From assembly GCA_019745565.1 (NCBI GenBank), contig JAIESW010000038.1, forward strand, positions 11,931-75,930: 64,000 nucleotides of DNA, in the 5' to 3' direction. The number at the start of each line of letters is the position of its first letter. Position 1 is the stretch's first letter. The position numbers and the translations under genes were made by a program. Below, piece by piece: positions 48,301 to 57,188 of the stretch. Source of the stretch: Burkholderiales bacterium (GTDB lineage: Bacteria; Pseudomonadota; Gammaproteobacteria; Burkholderiales; Ga0077523). The notes below the pieces were generated by a model. That model was not told the DNA's origin and made no database searches. It saw nothing but the letters and a program-made list of their open reading frames with translations.

Positions 48301-48910
48301 GCCGTTCGGCGTCGATGCGCGCCTTGGCTTCGGCAGCGAGGCGCAGGCGCATCTCGGCCTCCTGCTTGGCGCGCTGCTCGGCCTCCTGTTTGGCGCGCTG
48401 TTCGGCCTCGAGCTTGGCACGGGCCTGCGCCTCGATCTGGGCGCGGCGCTGGGCTTCCTCACGGGCCTTCTTCTCGGCCTCCTCGCGTGCCTGGCGTTCG
48501 GCTTCCTCGCGGGCCCGTGCGGACTTCGCTTCGGCCGCCTTGCGCTCCGCCTCCTCCCGCGCCTTCTGCTCGGTCTGGGCGCTGGTGTAGAAGCCGGGCT
48601 TGTTGGCCGGCACCAGCATGGAGGTGAAGTCGAGGTCGTCCACGTAGGACGCGGCCGGCGCGGCGGGCGGATACTCATGGGGCTGCGAGGTGATGACCTC
48701 CTTGATGAAGCCGAGGTCGGAGAGCTGGCGCAGCTGCAGCAGGAGATCCTTGTCGGAAACCCGGCCGAGCTTCTCCTGCAGATCGTGGAACGCCGACTTG
48801 CCGTCGACCAGGTTGAGCAGCTTGAACAGGTCCCGCGACAGGCTTTTCGACTTGTTCTTGACCTCGAGTAGACCCTTGCCCGTCTTCGAATAGATGGTGG
48901 ACTTGTCCAT
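45365..48910 (-). CDS. 1181-aa protein: small N-terminal wHTH-like domain, ~650-aa E/R/K charged helical rod, single TM, AsmA-like C-terminal domain
   Basis: Uninterrupted ORF; (R/K)4E4 repeats; TM PLVIGFGVLIAVLVGTLQFM; AsmA-like IE..AS..IKEPV.I, LYGG.V.G, G.L.GVDL, GG.SRFDELTG, Y..L.L.SG. Confidence 0.85.
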   Translation of the reverse strand: MDKSTIYSKTGKGLLEVKNKSKSLSRDLFKLLNLVDGKSAFHDLQEKLGRVSDKDLLLQLRQLSDLGFIKEVITSQPHEYPPAAPAASYVDDLDFTSMLVPANKPGFYTSAQTEQKAREEAERKAAEAKSARAREEAERQAREEAEKKAREEAQRRAQIEAQARAKLEAEQRAKQEAEQRAKQEAEMRLRLAAEAKARIDAERRAREEAEKKAKEEAERRAKLEEEMKRRLEEERKRLEAEKKRLEEEARLARIEAERKAKEDAERRAREEEERRRKDEEDRKRKEEEDRRRREEEERKRKEDEERRRKEEEERKRKEEEERKRREEEERKRKEEEERKRKEEEERKRREEEERRRREEEERKRREEEERKRKEEEERKRKEEDERKRREEEERRRREEEERKRREEEERKRREEEERRRKEEEERRQREEEERRQREEEERKRREEEERLRREEEERKRKEEEERRQREEEERRRKEEEERRRQEEEERLQREEEELVARHESIRRQREAIRGNEGVVERAGEAAREAEESRRREEEEARQREEDERRRREDEERRREEDERRRREEEERRRQEDERRREEDERRRREEEEDRRRREEEDERKLREREAGMRPVRDEAAEAPPVMDVAFGGEGIDIEAQLKVQEEAMRKALEEQERRHKMEEEARLAMEAAERDARERQEAEARTIAEEAKRAKEEAEKRSREETARKAKEDAELKAREKEERKQREQEARKKADIARQEAERRAREEALAKSRADQEERDRQKAARKALLDQRKRTPWNRAKPLVIGFGVLIAVLVGTLQFMPMSSYIPAIEGAASRRIKEPVSIAQLHMSILPSLEFKLDNVKIGQQLDVQVTTIKVYPELGSLFSDQVVVRRLEVDGVATTAEALTRIVSWAKHESGGQGNIDVRRLVVRNAKIAVKGVDAPPVDVEVLLSHDAEYRGGSVKLSDGTLKAELTPTDAGIAIEASGKSFKLPMGPALIFDDFVAKGVATDKGITLSEIEGLLYGGSVKGSAQMTWTSGWSLETEFETGHVELYPFMETLTKDAKSSGQLDAKGRIEMAGPTLAQLMDAPQAQASFTLRKGTLDGVDLVRALQTPVREGIRGGKSRFDELTGTMNVAGGRYQYRNLRLQSGLLVANGQFDVSPGQEVNGRVQVELKSTSNQFRGNFAIIGTLKAMMLKP
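47100..48130 (-). repeat. Degenerate 21-24-nt coding tandem repeats encoding (R/K)3-4E3-4 units
   Basis: Plus strand CGCTTGCGCTCTTCCTCTTCCT(T/C)-type units repeated many times. Confidence 0.9.
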
Positions 48911-49042
48911 GCGCGCGCTGTCGTGAGGGGGCGAAACGGCACCCGGATCCTGGTCCGAACAGACGGCCCGCCGTCCCCGAGGCTACCGCATTATAGGCAG
49001 CCCGGCCCCGGGGCGCCCAGTAGGAGCGCCGCCGGGGTACCC

Positions 49043-50467
49043 CTACTCGATCGCCTTGACGATGTCCTCGATCACCTTCTTGGCGTCGCCGAACACCATC
49101 ATGGTCTTGTCCATGTAGAAGAGCGGGTTGTCCAGGCCGGCGTAGCCGGAGGCCATGGAGCGCTTGTTCACGAGCACCGTGCGCGCCTTGTGCACTTCCA
49201 GGATCGGCATGCCGTAGATGGGGCTGCCCTTCTGCTCCGCGAGCGGGTTGACCACGTCGTTGGCTCCCAGCACCAGCACGACGTCGGTGGTGCCGAACTC
49301 GCTGTTGATGTCCTCCATCTCGAACACCTGGTCGTACGGAATCTCCGCCTCGGCCAGCAGCACGTTCATGTGGCCCGGCATGCGGCCGGCCACGGGGTGG
49401 ATCGCGTAGCGGACCTGCACGCCCTTCTCGGTCAGCTTGGCAGCCATCTCCTTCACCGCGTGCTGGGCCCGGGCGACGGCCAGACCGTAGCCGGGCACGA
49501 TGATGACGCTCTCTGCGTTGCCCATCACGAAGGCCGCGTCGTCCGCACTGCCGGAACGCACCGACTTCTGTTCGGTCCCGCCGGCGGCTGTGGAGGTCTC
49601 GCCGCCGAACCCGCCCAGGATCACGTTGAAGAACGACCGGTTCATCGCCTTGCACATGATGTAAGACAGGATCGCACCGGACGAACCCACCAGCGACCCG
49701 GCGATGATGAGCATCGGGTTGTTGAGCGAGAAGCCGATGCCGGCCGCCGCCCAACCCGAATACGAGTTGAGCATCGACACGACCACCGGCATGTCCGCCC
49801 CGCCGATCGGGATGATGATCAGGACACCCACCACGAACGACAGCGCCAGCATCAGGAAGAAGGCGGTCCAGTTCTCGGTGACTACGAAGGCAATACCCAG
49901 CCCGACAATGGCTATGCCCATCAGCAGATTGATGACGTGCTGGCCGGCGAACACAACAGGCGCGCCCTGGAACAGGCGGAACTTGTACTTGCCCGCGAGC
50001 TTGCCGAAGGCGATCACCGAACCGCTGAAGGTGATCGCACCGATGGCCGCGCCGAGGAACAGCTCGAGGCGGTTGCCGCCGGGAATCGGCTGGCCGGCCT
50101 CGCTGGTGATGCCGAACGCATAGGGTTCCGCCACGGCAGCGATGGCGATGAACACCGCCGCGAGGCCGATCATGCTGTGCATGAAGGCGACCAGTTCGGG
50201 CATCTTGGTCATCTCGACGCGCTTCGCCATGATCGCGCCGGCACCGCCGCCCACCACCAGGCCGAGCAACACGTAGCCCAGGCCCTGCGCACCCTGTTCG
50301 CTCACGGTGAGGATCAGCGCCGCGGTGGTCACCACGGCGATGGCCATGCCGATCATGCCGAAGGCGTTGCCGCGCCGCGACGTGGTCGGATGCGACAGTC
50401 CCTTGAGCGCCTGGATGAAGAACACCGACGCCACCAGGTACAGCAGCGTGACGAGGTTCATGCTCAT
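49043..50467 (-). CDS. pntB: NAD(P) transhydrogenase beta subunit
   Basis: MTKMPELVAFMHS, IGGADMPVVVSMLNSYSG, VPGYGLAVA, HPVAGRMPGHMNVLLAEA, GANDVVNP, KRSM.SGYAG. Confidence 0.97.
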   Translation of the reverse strand: MSMNLVTLLYLVASVFFIQALKGLSHPTTSRRGNAFGMIGMAIAVVTTAALILTVSEQGAQGLGYVLLGLVVGGGAGAIMAKRVEMTKMPELVAFMHSMIGLAAVFIAIAAVAEPYAFGITSEAGQPIPGGNRLELFLGAAIGAITFSGSVIAFGKLAGKYKFRLFQGAPVVFAGQHVINLLMGIAIVGLGIAFVVTENWTAFFLMLALSFVVGVLIIIPIGGADMPVVVSMLNSYSGWAAAGIGFSLNNPMLIIAGSLVGSSGAILSYIMCKAMNRSFFNVILGGFGGETSTAAGGTEQKSVRSGSADDAAFVMGNAESVIIVPGYGLAVARAQHAVKEMAAKLTEKGVQVRYAIHPVAGRMPGHMNVLLAEAEIPYDQVFEMEDINSEFGTTDVVLVLGANDVVNPLAEQKGSPIYGMPILEVHKARTVLVNKRSMASGYAGLDNPLFYMDKTMMVFGDAKKVIEDIVKAIE

Positions 50468-50778
50468 CGCGCTTCTCCTCCCGACTTCCGCTCCTTCTTC
50501 TTGAACATCTCGAGCATGCGTCGCGTGACGAGGAAGCCGCCGAAGACGTTGACCGCGGCGAACGCCACCGCCATCACCCCCATGACCTTGCCCAGACCGG
50601 TGACGGTGAGCGCCGCCGCAAGCATGGCGCCGACGATCACGATGGCCGAGATCGCGTTGGTCACGGACATGAGCGGCGTGTGCAGCGCCGGCGTGACATT
50701 CCAGACGACGTGATAGCCCACGTAGATGGCGAGCACGAACGTGGTGAGATTGATGACGGTGTGGCTGACGGCTTCCAC
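50464..50778 (-). CDS. pntAb: NAD(P) transhydrogenase alpha subunit part 2 (membrane)
   Basis: VTPALHTPLMSVTNAIS, NVFGGFLVT.RML.MFK. Confidence 0.95.
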   Translation of the reverse strand: MEAVSHTVINLTTFVLAIYVGYHVVWNVTPALHTPLMSVTNAISAIVIVGAMLAAALTVTGLGKVMGVMAVAFAAVNVFGGFLVTRRMLEMFKKKERKSGGEAR

Positions 50779-50799
50779 TTGGGGCGTCTCCTGTGCGTT

Positions 50800-51924
50800 T
50801 TACTTGCGGGCGAGTTCGCCGCCGATGCACGCGAGCGTGCCGGCCACGACTTCGTCTTCGCGGTTCAGGTTGAAGGCGCCGGTCTTGGCATCCAGCATGA
50901 GCGCGAGGAAGTTGATGAGGTTGCGCGCATACAGCGCGCTCGCGTCCGCCGCCACCAGTGCGGGCAGGTTGGCGATGCCGACGATGTTGACGCCGTGCTT
51001 GACCACAGTCTTGTCGAGTTCCGACAGCGGGCAGTTGCCGCCCTGCTCCACTGCCATGTCGACGATCACCGAGCCGGGGCGCATGGTCTTCACCATGTCC
51101 TCGGTCACCAGCACCGGCGCCGGACGGCCGGGGATGAGCGCCGTGGTGATGACGATGTCGGCCTGCTTGATGCGCTCGGCCACCAGCGCCGCCTGGCGCT
51201 TCTTGTAGTCGTCGCCCATCTCGCGCGCGTAGCCGCCCTGGCCCTTGGCGAGTTCTTTCTCGGCGTCGGTGAGCGGCACTTCGATGAACTTGGCTCCGAG
51301 GGACTCCACCTGTTCCTTGGTCTCGGGGCGCACGTCGGTCGCTTCCACCACGGCGCCGAGACGCTTCGCGGTCGCGATGGCCTGCAGGCCCGCGACGCCC
51401 ACACCCATGATCACCACGCGCGCCGCCTTGATGGTGCCGGCCGCCGTCATCATCATCGGCATCAGCCGTCCGTAGGTATTGGCGGCGATGATGACCGCCT
51501 TGTAGCCGCCGATGTTCGCCTGGGACGACAGCACGTCCATGCTCTGCGCGCGCGAGATCCGCGGCAGCCATTCCATGGCGAAGGCGGTGGCGCCGGTCTT
51601 CGCGATCGCCTCCAGCCCTTCCTTCTGGTGCGGCGCCAACAGACCGATCAGCAACTGGTCCTTGCGCAGCATGCCGACCTCGGCCGCATCCGGTCCGCGC
51701 ACCTTCAGCACGATGTCGGCGGCCCCGAAGACCTCTGCCGCCGAGTTGACGATAGTCGCGCCGGCCGCCGCGAAATCCGCATCGGGAATGGAGCTGCGCA
51801 CACCGGCCCCGGCCTGCACCAGTATCTTGTGATGCCCGCCGGCCGCGAGCTTCTTGACCGTCTCGGGCGTCGCGGCAACCCGCGTCTCGCCCGGCCGCGT
51901 CTCTGCCGGAATCCCGATCTGCAT
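50800..51924 (-). CDS. pntAa: NAD(P) transhydrogenase alpha subunit part 1 (dI)
   Basis: E.RVAATP, PRISRAQSMDVLSSQ, MMTAAGT, GVGVAGLQAIATAKRLGA, GGYA, TALIPG.PAP, GGNC. Confidence 0.96.
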   Translation of the reverse strand: MQIGIPAETRPGETRVAATPETVKKLAAGGHHKILVQAGAGVRSSIPDADFAAAGATIVNSAAEVFGAADIVLKVRGPDAAEVGMLRKDQLLIGLLAPHQKEGLEAIAKTGATAFAMEWLPRISRAQSMDVLSSQANIGGYKAVIIAANTYGRLMPMMMTAAGTIKAARVVIMGVGVAGLQAIATAKRLGAVVEATDVRPETKEQVESLGAKFIEVPLTDAEKELAKGQGGYAREMGDDYKKRQAALVAERIKQADIVITTALIPGRPAPVLVTEDMVKTMRPGSVIVDMAVEQGGNCPLSELDKTVVKHGVNIVGIANLPALVAADASALYARNLINFLALMLDAKTGAFNLNREDEVVAGTLACIGGELARK

Positions 51925-52112
51925 TGCCTGGACCACCTCCGAGTATGCGGGCGCCTTCGATAGGCACGCCCGCGTATTGAATCCTGCCGATGCTATCTGG
52001 ATAAGAGGGGTACTGCATCCCCTGCACGCATAAGAATTATAGGTGACCCCACGAACGCGACGCCACAACTCCGGCGGCAGACCTGCGGGTCCCGCCTATA
52101 ATCGCCCACCTG

Positions 52113-53879
52113 ATGTCCGTCATCCGCATCCTCCCAGATCAGCTCGTCAACCAGATCGCCGCCGGCGAAGTGATCGAGCGCCCCGCGGCAGCGCTCAAGG
52201 AACTGCTCGAAAACAGCCTCGACGCCGGTGCCCGCGTCATCGAGGTGACTCTGGAGGCGGGCGGCACGCGCCGCATTCGCGTTCAGGACGACGGCAGCGG
52301 CATCGCTGCCGAAGAGCTGCCGCTGGCCCTTGCCCGTCACGCCACCAGCAAGATCGCGACCCTCGACGACCTCGAGCGCGTCGGCACGCTGGGCTTCCGC
52401 GGCGAGGCCCTCGCCAGCATCGCGTCGGTCGCGAATCTCACGCTGACCAGCCGGCGCGCCGACGCGCGCCATGCCTCGCGCATCGAGTCCCGCGGCGGCG
52501 AACTCACCGAGGTCGCACCCGCGGCGCTCGACCGCGGCACCGTGATCGACGTGCTCGATCTCTACTTCAACACGCCGGCACGGCGCAAATTCCTGAAAAC
52601 CGAGGCGACGGAGTATGCGCACACGGAGGAAGCGTTCCGCCGCATCGCGCTGTCGAGTCCGAATACGGAATTCACACTGACCCACAATGGCCGGGCCGCC
52701 TGGCGCCTCCAGGCCGGGGCACTCGATGCCCGCATCGCGGCGATCCTGGGCGACGGTTTCGAACAGGCGTCGGTGCCGTTCGACGACGGGTCGACGCTGC
52801 TGCGCATCCACGGGGCGGTCGGCCTGCCGGCGGCCGCGAAGGCTTCGCGCGACGCCCAGTACTTCTTCGTGAACGGGCGCTTCGTGCGCGACAAGCTGCT
52901 CGCCCACGCGGTGCGCGAGGCGTATCGCGACGTGCTGCACGGCGACCGGCACCCCGCATTCGCGATCTTCCTCGAGGTGCCGCCCGACACCGTCGACGTG
53001 AACGTGCATCCGACCAAGGCCGAGGTGAAGTTCCGCGACGGCCGCGCGGTGCACCAGTTCGTGCGACATGCGGTCGAGAAGGCGCTGGCCCGCACGCAGC
53101 CGGGTGCCGCGCCGGCACCGACTCCCGCACCGACGTGGCTCGCGCGGACCGGCGCCGGCATGCCCTCGCAGTCCGCGATGCCGCTGTCGGCCGGGGAGCC
53201 GCTCGCGTTCTACGACCGCCTGTTCGGCCGCGCGGCAGAGGCACCATCCCGATCGCCGGTCGCACTGGCGGAAGCGCCGCCGGCTCCAACCGATCAACCG
53301 CCGCTGGGCTATGCGATCGGTCAGCTCGCCGGCGTGTACGTGCTCGCGCAGAACCGCGACGGCCTCGTGGTGGTGGACATGCACGCGGCCCACGAGCGCA
53401 TCATGTACGAACGCCTGAAGCGCGCCCTGGACAGCGCCGCGATCCCGACCCAGCAGCTGCTGATCCCGGCCACGCTGGTGGCGACGACGCTGGAGGTGGC
53501 GACCGTCGACGAGAACCCCGAGCTGCTTGCCCAACTCGGCTTCGAAATGGCCGTGCTCTCGCCCACCAGCGTCGTGGTGCGATCCATCCCCGTGCTGCTG
53601 CGCGACGCCGATCCGGCGACGCTCGCGCGCGACGTCCTGCGCGAGATCGCCGAGGTGGGTTCGAGCCGCGCGCTCACCGACCGCCGCGACGACATGCTCG
53701 GCACCCTCGCGTGCCACAGCGCAGTGCGCGCCAACCGGATGCTCACGCTTCCGGAAATGAACGCGCTGCTGCGCGACATGGAACAGACCGACCGCGCGGA
53801 CCAGTGCAACCATGGCCGGCCCACCTGGTACCAGTTCTCCATGGCGGATCTGGATCGGTTGTTCCTGCGCGGTCGTTGA
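52113..53879 (+). CDS. mutL: DNA mismatch repair endonuclease MutL
   Basis: NQIAAGEVIERP, ENSLDAGA, HATSK, GFRGEAL, DVNVHP.K, endonuclease DMHAAHERI, ACH, CNHGRP. Confidence 0.97.
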   Translation: MSVIRILPDQLVNQIAAGEVIERPAAALKELLENSLDAGARVIEVTLEAGGTRRIRVQDDGSGIAAEELPLALARHATSKIATLDDLERVGTLGFRGEALASIASVANLTLTSRRADARHASRIESRGGELTEVAPAALDRGTVIDVLDLYFNTPARRKFLKTEATEYAHTEEAFRRIALSSPNTEFTLTHNGRAAWRLQAGALDARIAAILGDGFEQASVPFDDGSTLLRIHGAVGLPAAAKASRDAQYFFVNGRFVRDKLLAHAVREAYRDVLHGDRHPAFAIFLEVPPDTVDVNVHPTKAEVKFRDGRAVHQFVRHAVEKALARTQPGAAPAPTPAPTWLARTGAGMPSQSAMPLSAGEPLAFYDRLFGRAAEAPSRSPVALAEAPPAPTDQPPLGYAIGQLAGVYVLAQNRDGLVVVDMHAAHERIMYERLKRALDSAAIPTQQLLIPATLVATTLEVATVDENPELLAQLGFEMAVLSPTSVVVRSIPVLLRDADPATLARDVLREIAEVGSSRALTDRRDDMLGTLACHSAVRANRMLTLPEMNALLRDMEQTDRADQCNHGRPTWYQFSMADLDRLFLRGR

Positions 53880-53883
53880 AGCA

Positions 53884-53903
53884 GCCGTGACCCGGGTCAC
53901 GGC
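53884..53903. other. Perfect 20-bp palindrome between mutL and miaA
   Basis: GCCGTGACCCGGGTCACGGC. Confidence 0.6.
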
Positions 53904-53909
53904 ATTTCC

Positions 53910-54836
53910 ATGAACATCCCCGCCATCCTCCTGATGGGGCCGACGGCCTCGGGCAAGACCCGCGTCGCCCTCGAACTGGCGCGCCGCTTCGACGTCGAGA
54001 TCGTCAGCGTCGATTCGGCCCAGGTCTATCGCGGCATGGACATCGGCACCGCCAAACCGGATGTCGACACGCGGCGGGCCGTGCCGCATCACCTGATCGA
54101 CCTCATCGATCCGATCGAGAGCTATTCGGCTGCCCGGTTCGCCGACGAGGCCTGGCAGCTCATCCGCGAGATCGCGGAACGCGGACGCATACCGCTGCTG
54201 GCCGGCGGCACGATGCTGTACTTCAAGGCGCTGCGCGAAGGCCTGTCGGCACTGCCGGCAGCTGACCCGGACACGCGCCTGGTGATCGACGCCATGGCTG
54301 CCGACCTCGGCTGGCCCGCCTTGCATGCGACGCTCGCGAAGCTCGACCCGGATACCGCAGCGCGCCTCGAACCCACCGACGCGCAGCGCATCCAGCGCGC
54401 GCTGGAAGTCTGCTGGCTCGCGGGCAAGCCCATGTCGGAGGTGATCGCGGCCGGTCGTGCGACGCCGCCACCTCACCCGCTGATCGCCGTGTCGCTGGAG
54501 CCGAGCGACCGCTCGATCCTGCACGAGCGCATCGCGGCGCGTTTCGAGGAGATGCTGGAACTGGGCCTGATCGGTGAACTGCGACGCCTCAAGGAAACCT
54601 ACGCCCTCGATCCGCAGATGCCCTCGATGCGCTGCGTGGGCTACCGCCAGACCTGGGACTATCTCGACGGCGCCTACGGCCTCGGGACCTTGCGCGAGAA
54701 GGGCGTCGCGGCCACGCGGCAACTCGCGAAGCGTCAGCTCACATGGCTACGGGCGATGCACGACATCGAACGCTTCGATTGTCTTGCCGACGACCTGGAG
54801 GAGCGGGTGGCGGCGTACATCGGTGGGCGGCTCTGA
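53910..54836 (+). CDS. miaA: tRNA dimethylallyltransferase
   Basis: [56 protein letters not shown]. Confidence 0.97.
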   Translation: MNIPAILLMGPTASGKTRVALELARRFDVEIVSVDSAQVYRGMDIGTAKPDVDTRRAVPHHLIDLIDPIESYSAARFADEAWQLIREIAERGRIPLLAGGTMLYFKALREGLSALPAADPDTRLVIDAMAADLGWPALHATLAKLDPDTAARLEPTDAQRIQRALEVCWLAGKPMSEVIAAGRATPPPHPLIAVSLEPSDRSILHERIAARFEEMLELGLIGELRRLKETYALDPQMPSMRCVGYRQTWDYLDGAYGLGTLREKGVAATRQLAKRQLTWLRAMHDIERFDCLADDLEERVAAYIGGRL

Positions 54837-54854
54837 CGAGGACGGGCGGCGTCG

Positions 54855-54945
54855 GCCCCCATCCCAACCTTCCCCCACCGATGGTGGGGGGAGGGGTGTA
54901 CGTCCCTTCCCCCGGCTATTGCCGGGGGAAGGCTAGGATGGGGGC
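54855..54945. repeat. REP-like palindromic repeat pair, family A
   Basis: GGCCCCCATCCCAACCTTCCCCCACC..GGTGGGGGGAGGGGTGTACGTCCCTTCCCCCGGC..GCCGGGGGAAGGCTAGGATGGGGGC between convergent genes. Confidence 0.8.
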
Positions 54946-54958
54946 AGGTTTTCCTTTT

Positions 54959-55441
54959 TTACTGCATCCCCAGCAACGCGTCCGCACCCGCCTTCGCCAC
55001 CACGCCGTCCTGCTGCGCGGTCACGCCGGACACGCCGATCGCACCGACGATCTGGCCGTTGAAGATCAGCGGCACGCCGCCCTCCAGCGGCAGCACCTGC
55101 TCGATGCCGAGAATGGCGGTGCGGCCCCCGGCGATCGCATCCTCGAACACCTTGGTCGCGCGCTTGAAGCCGGCGGCCGTCTGCGCCTTCTGGATCGAGA
55201 TGTCGATGCTGCCGTACTGGGTGTTGTCGCGCTTGTGCAGCAGCACGAGATGGCCACCTTCGTCGACGATCGCGATGGCCACGTTCCAGTTGTTCTTCGC
55301 GGCTTCGGCCTCGGCGGCGGCGGCGATCTTCGACGCCGCCTCGAGCGTGAGGGCCTTGCGGTCCAACAGTTGTGCATGAGCGGCGGTGATGCCGATCAAC
55401 GACAGGACGAGTGCTGCCAGGCAGCCGTTCAGGAATTTCAT
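54959..55441 (-). CDS. GlcG/HbpS-family heme-binding protein, secreted
   Basis: Signal peptide ending AHA; AIVDEGG, KA.TA..F...T, GGVPL, GAIGVSG....QD..VA. Confidence 0.9.
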   Translation of the reverse strand: MKFLNGCLAALVLSLIGITAAHAQLLDRKALTLEAASKIAAAAEAEAAKNNWNVAIAIVDEGGHLVLLHKRDNTQYGSIDISIQKAQTAAGFKRATKVFEDAIAGGRTAILGIEQVLPLEGGVPLIFNGQIVGAIGVSGVTAQQDGVVAKAGADALLGMQ

Positions 55442-55563
55442 GGGGCCTCCGGTGGGTGGTTGTAAGTCTTGGGATGGCATCGCCGGCAGCGACGGGCGCC
55501 GCCGCGAAGTCGGCGACGATACGCTCAACCCGCGGCCGGATTCAATCGCCGCGGCACCCGGCT

Positions 55564-56907
55564 TCAGGGCTTGCGCACCCCTTCGATCCTGGCGTCGGCC
55601 TCGCCGTGGGCCAGCGTGAGCGACACCGGATCGCCCGGGCTCAGCCGTACCGCCTCGCGAACGACCCGGCCCTGCGCATCGCGGACGATGCCGTAGCCGC
55701 GTTCGAGCACGGCTTGCGGATTGAGATGCTCCAGCGCCGCCGTCCGCTGCGCGAGCAGCGCGCGCCAGTCCGCCGCGCGCGCGTGCAACGCCCTCAGCAA
55801 TCGCCGTGCGGCCGCGCGAGCTCGCTCGTCCAGGCGCTCCAGGTCCGGCCGCGCCCGGAGCAGACGGTGCGCCAGTTCGTTCGCGTGCCGGCGACGTGCG
55901 TCCGTGTCGCGCAACCACTCGCGCTGCAGCCGCGTGTGCAGCTGTCCGAGGCGCTCCTGTTGCTGCGCCAGACGTTCGCCCGGATGCCTGAGCCGCCGCG
56001 CCAGCACGTCGAGATCGAGCATCCGGCGCTCCAGCCCGCGCTGCGACGCCCTCAGCAACGCCGACCCGGTCGTCGCAACCCGGCGCAGGAGCGCTGCACC
56101 ATCCGGACTCACCAGTTCGGCCGCCGCGGTGGGCGTCGGCGCCCGCGCATCGGACACGAAGTCGGCGATGGTGAAATCGGTCTCGTGGCCGACTCCCGTC
56201 ACCACCGGAATCGGGCTCGCGACGATCGCACGCGCCACGATTTCGTCGTTGAACGACCACAGGTCCTCGATGCTGCCGCCGCCGCGGCACAGGATCAGCA
56301 CATCGACCTCGGCACGTCGTCCGGCCGCGGTGAGAGCCGCCGCGATCTGGCGCGCCGCGTCCTCCCCCTGCACCGGGGTCGGATACACGATGACGCGGAT
56401 CGACGGCATGCGCCGGCGCAGGGTCGTGAGCACGTCGCGCAAGGCAGCCGCGCGCGTGGACGTGACGACACCCACGGTCCGCGGAAACGACGGTAGCGGC
56501 CGCTTGCGCTCGGAGGCAAACAGACCTTCCGCCTCCAGCTTGCGCTTCAAGCGCTCGAAGGCTTCGAACAGCGCACCGAGTCCGGCACGCCGCATGAACT
56601 CCACGTTCAACTGGAAGTCGCCGCGCGCCTCATACAGGGTGGCGACCGCGCGCACCTCGACCAGGGCACCGTTGGTCGGCTGCCAGTCGAGCAGCTGTGC
56701 ACGGTTGCGAAAGAACACGCACCGTACCTGTGCACGTTCATCCTTCAGCGAGAAATAGCAGTGCCCCGACGCGGCCCGCGTGAAGTTCGAGATCTCGCCG
56801 CCGATCCACGCAAGCGGCAATCCGTTCTCGATCAGCGCCCGTGCACGGGCGTTGAGTTCGCTCACGCTGATGACGGGTGAGATCGATGGATCGAGCAGGT
56901 CGGGCAT
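55564..56907 (-). CDS. xseA: Exodeoxyribonuclease VII large subunit
   Basis: GEISNF..AASGH.YF.LKD, VQG, RGGGSIEDLWSFNDE, GVGHETDFTI.DFV.D.RAPTPTAAAE, L.RGY. Confidence 0.96.
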   Translation of the reverse strand: MPDLLDPSISPVISVSELNARARALIENGLPLAWIGGEISNFTRAASGHCYFSLKDERAQVRCVFFRNRAQLLDWQPTNGALVEVRAVATLYEARGDFQLNVEFMRRAGLGALFEAFERLKRKLEAEGLFASERKRPLPSFPRTVGVVTSTRAAALRDVLTTLRRRMPSIRVIVYPTPVQGEDAARQIAAALTAAGRRAEVDVLILCRGGGSIEDLWSFNDEIVARAIVASPIPVVTGVGHETDFTIADFVSDARAPTPTAAAELVSPDGAALLRRVATTGSALLRASQRGLERRMLDLDVLARRLRHPGERLAQQQERLGQLHTRLQREWLRDTDARRRHANELAHRLLRARPDLERLDERARAAARRLLRALHARAADWRALLAQRTAALEHLNPQAVLERGYGIVRDAQGRVVREAVRLSPGDPVSLTLAHGEADARIEGVRKP

Positions 56908-57188
56908 GGTCCGCGATTCTAACGGACCGATCGTACTGCGCGCTGCGATGCACGGCCCTCATGCCATTTGCATGCAACTTGCAACTCCCTGGGAACCACT
57001 CGGAACACCGCGCCAGACGTGGCTTTCCACAGGGTACATGCAGTTGCAACACGGCCTTCACAGTCGTTCGGTCGCCTGGGGAAGCGATAGGCAAACGCAT
57101 GAATCGAAGTCGAAAAATTTCTGCTCAATCGGTGAGCGCGACAAGGAAAATCCTTTGTGCGAATCCACTTAAGCGCCGAATCGACAAT

